DNA of 64,000 nt, taken from contig NC_043014.1 in the NCBI RefSeq assembly GCF_006345805.1, forward strand, positions 30,876,001 to 30,940,000. The letters are read 5' to 3'. Made by a program: the position numbers and the translations under genes. Positions 53,229 through 64,000 of the stretch are shown in pieces. The notes under the pieces are model-generated. The model searched no databases and was not told the origin of the DNA. It saw only the letters and a program-made list of their open reading frames with translations. Each line of letters starts with the position of its first letter. Position 1 is the first letter of the stretch. The DNA comes from Octopus sinensis (taxonomy: Eukaryota).

Positions 53229-54449
53229 CACACACACACACACACACACATATTTTCTCTCCCATGTACATTTAACTGTCCTCTCTCTCTCTCTCATGTA
53301 TATTTAACTGTCCTATCTCTCCCATGTACAATTAACTGTTTTCTCTAGCTTATATTTCACTGTTCATTCTCTTACCTTTTACAGTCTTTCCTCACATGCT
53401 TCACTGTCCTTTCTCTCACATTTTACTGTCCCCTCTCTTACGTTTCACTATTCTCTCTTTAGATTCCAGTGTCTTAATGTTTACTCAATATTTTCTTTTG
53501 CATTTCAGTTTCCCTTCTATATTTCAGCAATATCTGTACAAATCCTGACTGACTAGGTGAAATACTCACCTTTTTGTCAGGTGAAATACTCACCTTTTTG
53601 TCAAATGTAAAACTATGCTTTACCCTATACTGCAACTTTTGTAGGAGTTCAACTTGTGATATTCTAGGATCTTAGTTGCTCTATCTTTATTAACTAATTT
53701 TATACCAGCTTATGATGGCCTCTGGTGTAACAACAGTGCTACAGCTGCAGCAGATGTTATCATCCTTCTTTCCCCATTCTTTTTCTACTCCTGTTTCTGT
53801 CTTTCCTTCTCTCACAAAATTACTGCAAGATAATCACTGAGTCTCTCAACCTGTTAGATATAGCAACCAAATCACACCCTACTATCTTTAATATGTAAGG
53901 ACACATTGGATCATGTAGTCTAAGGTATACAAAGGACAGGATTATCCACCATAGATTTACTTTTGCAGTACTGACATCAAACAACAGCAACAGTATCATA
54001 AAGGAGTTTTTAAAATGTGATATGTCTTTCCACTGTGGTTGTGAGTTTAATGAAACAGTGTCATTTATTTGCATTTAATAGAGTAGGGCTAGGAGATTAA
54101 TGATCAAGTCAATTTTTTGCTACTTTGAACAACTTGCCTGTAGGCAAAACTCAACTTGCCACTGTTAAAGCTCAGAATAATAAGAGATAAACTAAAAACA
54201 CTATTTCAATGCCTTTTTTAAGTTTGGAAACGGGGTTACTTTACTGCTGGTTCTCTAGCTTTCATCCACCCCTTCCTTCCCAGGAGCTCCCTGTGTACCT
54301 GTATAGTCATGTTACAACATATCTCTCACAATGATCAAAGAATATCACCATCATCACCATTTAATGGCCATGTTCCATGCTGGCATGGGTTGGATGGTTT
54401 GATGGGATCCAATGAGTTCAACAACAGCATTGTGCTCTAATGCCATAAG

Positions 54450-55040
54450 TCTTTCCACACTTTCTGTAGTTTTTATGACCTGCTCCCACAATTTGATACC
54501 TCTGTAATTACTCCTCTCTAAGGCATCTCCTTTACCACTGTAACAGTTGACAATAATACTGCTACATTAGTCACTGGATATGACATTTTACAGTACCGCT
54601 TGATTAACTATGCAGGTAACAAGCTTGTGCCCCATTCCATTAAGTATTTTAAGCAGCTCAGCAGTAATTCCTTATGAACCAGGGGTTTTCCCTGTCTTTA
54701 TATCCTTAATTGCTTTATCTATCATACTTCAGTCAACTAGAATGGTCTTTCTGTTGGATTCATACTTGGAAGACTTTGTTTCTCCCATTCATTCTACACA
54801 TTTAGTTGCCTTTTATAAGGTACCTTTCATGCCTCTTTCTTTTCAGAATCACTCAGTGGAAGTGTATCATTTTCCTTCCATATGCACTTCACTCTGACAA
54901 CATCTTGATTTTCTTGATATACTGCTTTGCAATCTGGATGCAACTCATGTCTCTGATCTTCATAATGTAGAACATTGGCAAACATCTTTGTTTTACTTAC
55001 TGCCTTACTAAATAGACCTGCCTCTTAGTCTCTCTTCTAG
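54450..55040 (-). mobile_element. RTE LINE ORF2 fragment (linker to RT start)
   Basis: NEWEKQSLP...DKAIKDIKTGK...KGDALERSNYRGIKLWEQVIK. Same family as 9727-10490. Confidence 0.85.
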
Positions 55041-55093
55041 TTACATGGTGTAGTTCTCTACTGTCCCCATTCTTCCAATCTTTCAAAACTTGC

Positions 55094-55130
<37 letters not shown>

Positions 55131-55449
55131 CCCTCATTTCAGTTGCCAGTTACTTGGTGACCTCACTAGTGCTGGTGCCATGGAAAAACACTAAGTACAC
55201 TCTGTAAAGTGGTTGAGGTTACAAAAGTATCCAAATGTAGAAACCATGCCAAACAGACATTGGAGTTCGGTGCTGTCCTCTGGCGGGACAGTCCCTGCTG
55301 AACAATTCAGTCCATGTTAGCAGAGAAAACAGACATTAAATGATAATGGCGATAATATATACATTCTTGTGTTTGTGTATATGCATGTATAGAGTTGAAT
55401 ATGCTGTACAAGATATTGAAACTATTACTCTTAGCAGAAATAAATGGTG

Positions 55450-55860
55450 AAAAATAATCTGGTCTGGGGTAAAAGGTTTTTAAGAAAGCAAACAACAGTA
55501 TGCAGAAATTAAGAGAACCGTGGAAAAATATCAGTCTGATAACCATGGAAATAGTGTTGTCCTTTAGTTGCTCAATGTGTGGTAAGACAAGGCTTTCGAA
55601 GGCTGGCTTAACTTCACATCTCAGATTATGTTTTCCTATAGTTGGCCCAAATGATACAAAGATCATTCCAGCATTAATGCTTGTGCCACATTTGTAATAC
55701 TTGTAAGACTTAGCTACTCTAGAAAGGCATTTAAATATCCATAAAGCAAACAATACAAACAAAAATGTGTCAATTTCAGAGAGACATATTTGCTCTGTTT
55801 GAATGCAAATTTCAAACAATTCATGGAACTTTAAAGTCACTCTCATGCTCATGCATGAAA
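55450..55860 (+). mobile_element. Decayed LINE C-terminus with C2H2-like zinc fingers
   Basis: FSCSMCGKTRLSKAGLTSHLR plus two further broken C-x2-C...H remnants. Confidence 0.55.
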
Positions 55861-56060
55861 AAGTACAGCTAACAAGAAGTGGTCAAGCTTTGAATAGGAG
55901 CAGATTCACTCTTTCAATATCTGTCTCGTTCCTCTTCCTCTATCATTCCCTCCTCTCCCTCTATATATTAATCAATGAAATTCCAACCAAGTATGATTTT
56001 CACATTAATTTACAATTTTTACAATATTGAAACAATCTAGGACTTTCATGCGTTTTGCAG

Positions 56061-56472
56061 TCATCAGGTTTATGTAGTGACAGTCATGATCCACAACTGA
56101 CAACTGTCATGAAATGGTTAGATTTGTCCTTTAAATATCCTCTGATGGGTGATGGGCTCCAGCAGACTGAATCTTATGAACTGTATTTTAACCAATCAGT
56201 ATACAACATAAAATTTCACAATTTGGTGACTGTGCCAACTAAGTTCTAAACTGTATTTTGATTAATCAGTGTGTGGCTTAGATTTCACAGTCTGGTGAAA
56301 GCGACAGTTTGGCTAGTATTTATCCCGCTTTTTTCAACAAGATATTTTAGTCAATTGGTGTGTGGCTTAGATGTCACCGTTTGGTGGGTACATCAAGGAT
56401 TTTTTACTTTGACCACACCTAAAGGAACGATTGTTTGGCTATATTTTGGAAAGTTGTAAACAACATATATGT

Positions 56473-56541
<69 letters not shown>

Positions 56542-56852
56542 GAGGTGCCCACCAAACCATGACATCTAAGCTGCACACCAATTGACAAAAATATTTTCTT
56601 GAAAAAATTGGGATAAATACTAACCAAATTGGCACATTCACGAAACTGTGACATCTCTGCCACATACTTAGTTGTCAAAATATAGTTAGAACTTAGTTGT
56701 CACCAAACCATGACATATAAGCTACTTAGTTATTGGTCAAATTACAGTTCATATGATTCAGCCTGCTGGAGCCCATCGGAGGGTATTTAAAAGATAAATT
56801 TTGCTACAGTTGTCAATTGTGAAACATGACTGTCACTACATAAACCTGATGA
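56061..56852. mobile_element. Foldback-like element with ~310-335 bp inverted arms and internal subrepeats
   Basis: 56061-56395 is inverted at 56541-56852. Arms carry repeated gtgtggcttagat(g/t)tcac..tggtg units. A (GT)n tract lies in the spacer. Confidence 0.85.
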
Positions 56853-57205
56853 TTTGTGTGTGTGTGTGTGTATTGCTATTAACCAGACTGGCCAGGTGGA
56901 GCAGGCCAACACTCCTCTTGAATGGAATGCCAGTCTGTTGCAGGGTTGCCTATTTACAGCTGAGTAGACTGGAGCAACATGAAATGAAATGTTTTGCTTA
57001 AGAGCACAATGCAGCACCGTCTGGAAATTAAAAGCATGATTGCAAGATCATGAGTATAGTACCCTGATTACTTGGCCATGCACCTTATGTGTGTGTGTGT
57101 GTGTAATATGTAGCATTATTCATGTGGCAAGTTTTTACAACCAGATGCCCTTCCTGTTGCCAATGTATATATGTGTGTGTGTGTATAAATATATATATGT
57201 ATGTA

Positions 57206-57431
57206 TACAGTAACTCCTCGCCATATTGTGGTTCAGTTATTGCGGTTTATTATTTAAGCTTACATTGATTCCTCCATTGTGTTGTTTTGCATTTGTAATA
57301 AAATAAATATATACAAATTATAAAAATAAGAAAAAAGAATATACAGTACAGTACTGTTTCTATGTCGTGAATTTTCACCTATTGCAGTGGGTTTGGAACG
57401 TAACAGCTGTGATAGCCAAGGGATTATTGTG
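57206..57431. mobile_element. Tigger/pogo-type MITE
   Basis: tacagtaactcctcg ... ccaagggattattgt. Inverse copy of 27951-28164. Confidence 0.75.
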
Positions 57432-57609
57432 TGTGTGTGTGTATTCTTTTATTCTTTTACTTGTTTCAGTTATTTCACTGCAGCCATGCTGGAGCATCAC
57501 CTGTAGTCGAACAAATCGACCCCAGGAATTATTCTTTGTAAGCCTAGTACTTATTTGATCGGTTTCTTTTGCTGAACTGCTAAGTTACAGAGACATAGGC
57601 ACATCAACA

Positions 57610-58260
57610 AATGGTCCTCCAGAAATGGGGGGTAGGAGTTGCTGGTGAGTTTGACACCTTCTGGCACTCAGAAAGGCCCAACAAGTTCATTTCTTATGAT
57701 TTCTGTCCAAAACATGACACCACCACCTCTTTGTTGACATTGAATGCGATAAGCTCCAAGGGATACCCAAACTTTGGTCCATCCATTGGGACCATCCAGA
57801 ATAGTTCTGGCTTCATCCATGAAGAGGACATCTTGGAAGTTGATCTTCATGTACTTCCATGCCCAGTCAGTACACTTCTTTGTGGTTTTTGCTTAGGATG
57901 GGTCTGGCGATGCACTTAACACTTCTGGCTGTCTCTTTAGGGATCCTAAACTGGGTGCTTCTGGAAAAAGGAGCAACCCCAACATTTTAAAATATAGCAG
58001 CACTTCTGCTACCAAGGTCAATTCTTACTTGTGTACCTATTTTTTGGATACACTTCTTCTCATACCTTTATCTTGCCTTGGTTTTTGTGATGTGGTTTTC
58101 AATATATGCATTCAATTTTCTTATATCCCTACCAAGCTCTTAAGCTAATTCTCCCACAGATAAGCCTTCTGTGAGACCTGGAAAAATCTGCATCTTATCT
58201 GTAGCTGTCAGACGTTTCAGGGGAATTTCTGTACACTTGCAAAAAAGCATGACAGTTCAA
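57610..58260 (-). mobile_element. Tc1-like transposase remnant
   Basis: NFQDVLFMDEARTILDGPNGW...QRGGGVMFWTEIIRNELVGPF, with an upstream decayed HTH region. Confidence 0.85.
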
Positions 58261-58452
58261 AGCATTTCAAAATGAATGACTCAACATAGCTTTGTAATGT
58301 GGCTTATCAGTGCGATTGGCATGATCACTGTATATATACCTACCTAGGATCTTTCAGTGGGCCTAGTTTCATGTTTCTACAATGTGTAATATTCAAAATA
58401 CCAGCAGAGGTTTGAGCTGCTAAAATGCGTGTTAAACAGTTTGTATATATGT

Positions 58453-58529
<77 letters not shown>

Positions 58530-58534
<5 letters not shown>

Positions 58535-59800
58535 TTAGAGATAAAACCACTATTAGGCAAATCAAACAGTGAAAAACATAAGCCAATACATAAAATTAAT
58601 TTAAAAATATAAAAGTTAAAAATTAAAATAATTTAAACTTATAAATTTTAAATATATATATACAAATATATATATATATATATATATGTATGTATATTTT
58701 TATATTTATATATTATTTTGTTTATTAATTAATTAATTAATTAATTAATTTTTTATTTATTTATTTATTTATTTTTTATATAAATATCAAAAGTATTAAA
58801 AGTTAAATAAAAGATAAAGAGTAAAACACTACGATCGTTTCATGGCTGTACCAATTCGAATAACAATAATTTAAATTCAGTTAATAATTCGAGTTATGGT
58901 TACAGTCAATCTTCAGGTTAATTGAAATATTTAAAAAATAATCAGAAATATTTAAACAATATTTTTAAGATATAAATAATATAATAATTTCACTTATAAT
59001 AAACTCTACTATCAAACTAGAAACTTAAAACTTAATAATTATGATTATATCAAAATCGATTATAATGTTAAATATTAATTTTAATTTTTAAGGTAAGAAA
59101 CCCACCTATAATCTAATGTCAGTAATAGTCTATATTTAATTACATAAACATTTTTAAAAAAATGACTATTATATAAAAAATATTATCAATGGATATATAT
59201 ATAAATGTATATGAATATTATAATTAAGATCTAAAATAATCTCTATAAATAAATATATATGCACATATAATAAAGTACTAATAAATTAATATTTCATATT
59301 TAAAGATGAAATATCTAAATTCAAAAATACAAACAAACAAACTTAAACGAACTTTCGGAAATCTTATTTAAAATACTTATAGAAATAATCAATTCGAAGT
59401 TATATAGTATCGAATAAATACTATAAATATATTTATCAATGGCAAATATCAATTTAAAAAGACAATAACTAAGTTATGCTATTAAGTTAGACATGGCCTG
59501 GACCAATCTTTGGTCGAAACATATCTAAGTTTATCTAAGTTTATTATAAGAAATTTAAAACTACAATATATATATATATATATATATAACGGGAAGCTTT
59601 ATGAAAATAAACAAAAGACGAAGGCAGGTGGAAAACAAACGAACAATTGTATTAGTATGGCGCTCAGGAAATATAAATAAAACAAGTCTTTAACGTTTCG
59701 AGCCTACGCTCTTCAACAGAAAGATACACAGAGAGAGAAAAACACAGAAAGAAGGAGAGAAAAAAAATGCGTGCAGTAGCTAACGAATCAACATGGCGGA
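58530..59800. mobile_element. Penelope-like terminal-repeat-derived AT-rich region with hammerhead-like motifs
   Basis: Contains CUGA/GAAAC hammerhead-type motifs with palindromic stem III on the minus strand. No RT or GIY-YIG ORF recognised. Confidence 0.45.
59687..59724 (-). ncRNA. Minimal type I hammerhead-like motif (core variant CUGUUGA)
   Basis: Minus strand: UCUUU-CUGUUGA-A-GAGC-GUAG-GCUC-GAAAC-GUU-AAAGA. Confidence 0.45.
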
Positions 59801-60478
59801 TATATATATATGTCTCTCTCTCTCTCTCTTTCTATATATATATATATATATGTATGTCTATATATATATAGGTATATATATATATATATATACACACACA
59901 TACATATATACACACACATATATATACACATACATATATATATACACACATATATATACACATACACACACACATATATATATATATATATACATATACA
60001 TACCTTTTATCACCACCTTGACTTGCCAGTGCCATCTTGACTGGCTTCCGTGCCGATGGCACGTAAAAAGCGCCAACCGATCGTGGCCGTTGCCAGCCCC
60101 ACCTGGCACGTAAAGAGCACCCACTACACTCATGGAGTGGTTGGCGTTAGGAAGGGCATCCAGCTGTAGAAACACTGCCAGATCAGACTGGAGCCTGGTG
60201 CAGCCTCCTGGCTTCTCAGACCCCGGTCGAACCATCCAACCCATGCTAGCATGGAAAACGGATGTTAAATGATGATGATGATAATATACATACATACATT
60301 ATATATATATATATATATACATTATATATATATATACATACATACATACATATATATACATACATACATATATATATACATACGTACGTACATACATACA
60401 TACATACATATATATATATACATACATCATATACATATATACATACATCATATACACATATGTATACATACATACATA

Positions 60479-60521
<43 letters not shown>

Positions 60522-60950
60522 CGATGACTGGCATCTGTGCTAGTGGAGCGTGTGATCATTGCCAGAGCAGCCAGTAGCGTGTAAAAAGCACTATTTGAGT
60601 GAGATCATTAACAGCGTCGCCTTACTGGCACTTGTGCTGGCAGTACGTGAAAAATCATTCGGGCGAGGTTGTTGCCAGTGCCGCTGGACTTGCTCCTGTG
60701 CAGGTGGCATGTAAAAAACACCATTGGAGTGTGACTATTGCTAGTACTGCCTGACTGGCCCTTGTGTCGGTGGCACGTAAAAGCACCCACTACACTCTCA
60801 GAGTGGTTGACATTAGGAAGGGCATCTAGCTGTAGAAACTCTACCAGATCAAGATTGGAGTCTGGTGCAGCCATCTGCTTCGCTAGTCCTCAGTCAATTC
60901 ATCCAACCCATACTAGAATGGAAAGCGGACGTTAGATGATGATGATGATG

Positions 60951-61004
<54 letters not shown>

Positions 61005-61369
61005 TCACATGTATATGTATGCACACACATGCATGCAAAGTGGTGTCTTCATAGTTTCCAACTACTAGATTCCACTCACAAGATATTGGTCTTTCCATGC
61101 CAACAGAAAATACGGAATTACAATCTGTGTTGGAACTTCTTTGATCTCCTAAATGGTTGAGGACCAGCCTGGTAACTTAACCGTTTTACATTCATGTTAC
61201 TCAGTTAAATGTAACACTTATTTGTTCCCGTTGTTTTCAATTAATCATGCATTATCTCATAGAATCAAGACTTCTTTGATGTTATTTTTTTTCTTGTTGT
61301 TTTTACATGCTGGGGCACCACTTTGAAGAATTTTTAGTCAAATGATTCTGCCCTCAGAATTTTTTCTCC

Positions 61370-61459
61370 TATATATACATACATACATTTGTGTGTATAT
61401 ATATATATATATATAACATATATATATACATATATACATCACACACACACATTTGTGTG

Positions 61460-61505
<46 letters not shown>

Positions 61506-62334
61506 ATACATTTGTGTATATATATATATAATATATATTATATATATATACACATTTGTGTATATTATATATATATATACATTTGTGTATATATATATAT
61601 AATATATATACCATTTGTGTATATCTATATATATAGATATATACATTTGTGTATATATATATATATATATACATTTGTGTATATATATATATATTTGTGT
61701 ATATATAATATATATATTTGTGTATATATTATATCATTTGTGTATATATAAGATATATATACATTTGTGTATATATATATATATATATACATTTGTGTAT
61801 ATATATATATATATATACATTTGTGTATATATCTATATATATAATATACATTTGTTATATATAATTATACTTTGGTATATATCTATATATACATTTGTGT
61901 ATATATAATATATATATATATATACATTTGTGTATATATATATATATATACATTTGTGTATATATATATATATATATATACATTTGTGTATATATATATA
62001 TATATTATATACATTTGTGTATATATATATATATACATTTGTGTATATATATATATATACATTTGTGTATATATATATAGATATATACATTTGTGTATAT
62101 ATATATATGTATGTATATATATATATACATTTGTGTATATATATATATATATGTATATATGTATATATATATGTATATATGTATATATATATGTATATAT
62201 ATGTATATATATATATGTATGTATGTATGTGTATATATATGTATGTGTATATGTACGTATGTGTATATATATGTATGTTCTATATATATACATTTGTATG
62301 TATATATATGTATGTATATATATATATACATTTG

Positions 62335-62381
<47 letters not shown>

Positions 62382-62450
62382 GTGTATATATATGTATGTG
62401 TATATGTACGTATGTGTATATATATGTATGTATATATATATATACATTTG

Positions 62451-62482
<32 letters not shown>

Positions 62483-62720
62483 ATAATATATATATATATA
62501 TTTATATACATATACATTTAAATAAATATATACATATATAACATACATATATATGTATAGATGCTTATATGTATACTAATGTGTTTATATATATGTGTGT
62601 GTTTATGTGTGTGTGTATTTATTTATATGTGTGTGTGTGTGTGTGTGTATTTATATATATATATGTGTGTGTGTATTTATATATATATGTATGTGTGTAT
62701 AAATATATATATATGTACAT
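61370..62720. repeat. Compound (TA)n microsatellite/minisatellite with recurring CATTTGTG anchor
   Basis: More than 20 acatttgtg(t)-type anchors separated by variable (TA)n. Confidence 0.95.
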
Positions 62721-64000
62721 GTATGTGTATATACTGTAAAAAGCCATGTAATTTGCACTTGTGATTTTCAGGACAAAAATTGTTAAGAAAAGGTACTCAT
62801 GTAAAATTCGCACCCAAAAGTTTTCAGAATTGCTGATATGGCGAGGGAGAAATGGTTTTCAATTTAGTTGTATTTAGCATAATTTCACTTACTTATGATT
62901 AGATTTTTATAAGTTTTCATTAAATAAAAATAATTTCTGTTTAACAAGTATCACATTGAAAGCTGTTAAATTACGAAGTCTTTGTGTTGTTTATAATAAA
63001 ATTTGTTTTACATTTCTTCCCCACAAGAGATTATGTCCAATCTTTTGCATACTTCTGTACGTCTTCTTAAATCACCATCACAGGAAAAAATTGTTGATAA
63101 TTCTTATCAACTAAAACAAAGCTGATAAATATGCACAAGTGTTGCAAACTAAGTTTAATTACAAATAAACATCAGCTTGGATGACACTTTACTCAACTGA
63201 CAGAGGAAGGTAGCTGATCAAACTGATTATGTAAACAGAATTCTGATTGGTCAAAAGTGTCTTCTTGTCTCAAGCTCTGATTTTCTACCTATTCTTGTTG
63301 GAACCTTTGATACGGAATATCGAAATTTTAATCCCTTTCACACTTATAAAATGTCAAGCAAACTTTAAAATTTGTCATTACTGTTTTAGCCAGGAGACCA
63401 AACTGATAGTTTGGCAACCCATTAAAATAAACTTTAAAAATCGACAAGGAGAAAATAAACAGCTTTGCTAGCTTAACTTGGTGTTTATTGAGCAAAAGAG
63501 GTGCGAAATTTTAGAAGTGACTTGTTAGAATATACACATCTGTGAGGAGACATAAAAAAGAATAGTAAAAATCTACTATTCCAAAAAAACTGGTAATACA
63601 TACATTACAAGTGTTCTATGAAGTGAACATAAGATTGCTGCATAATTCGACATGAATGTGAAATGACATTAAACATTGTATAAGGTAAATGAAGGTTTCT
63701 GTAGGAACGCTAAGTCATATTCACTTAGTGAGTTTACATGCACAAGGATGAATTATGATGTTGTCGTTGTTGCCGTTAGATGCTGTAAGAGCTGATAATG
63801 GTGATACCGGCAATGAGGAATTTCATTGTGTCATAACATAGAGAAAGCTAGCGAATAGCTTCCTGGTGCAAATGCACGCTAGACTCCCCAAGCGTAGAAA
63901 AACTGATCTATTTAAGGAAATTGCTTGTCTCCTTTGTAATAGGAAGAAACTCCAAGCAATGTAAAATATGGCCCAGACTGTGATTACCAGCATGAAAGTC

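Noticed and set aside
58900-59480. Very AT-rich stretch as a NUMT or mitochondrial control region
   Set aside because: No mitochondrial gene, rRNA or tRNA similarity was recognisable, and it is flanked by Penelope-like motifs.
59497-59525. gacca-atctt-tggtc-gaaac hairpin on the + strand
   Set aside because: Resembles hammerhead stem II plus GAAAC, but the CUGANGA core is incomplete and stem I is absent.

Overview
Eukaryotic, AT-rich, repeat-saturated DNA with long (TA)n/(CA)n microsatellites, tRNA-headed SINEs, RTE and CR1/L2 LINE remnants and many DNA-transposon relics. The repeat landscape suggests an octopus (inference, not checked). Almost all ORFs in the supplied track are microsatellite or transposon artefacts. 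The only host protein-coding segment I could identify is an 84-nt + strand exon of RNA polymerase subunit RPB8/POLR2H (53007-53090) with strong splice sites. I could not find its neighbouring coding exons in the window by eye. The first ~700 bp look like the promoter and first exons of an unidentified + strand gene. The most interesting signals are the apparently orphan POLR2H exon, minimal hammerhead-ribozyme-like motifs in Penelope-like repeats (one with a CUGUUGA core variant seen in two copies), and several long inverted repeats, including a head-to-head mariner derivative. I found no convincing wholly new system. Repeat boundaries were read by eye and are approximate.
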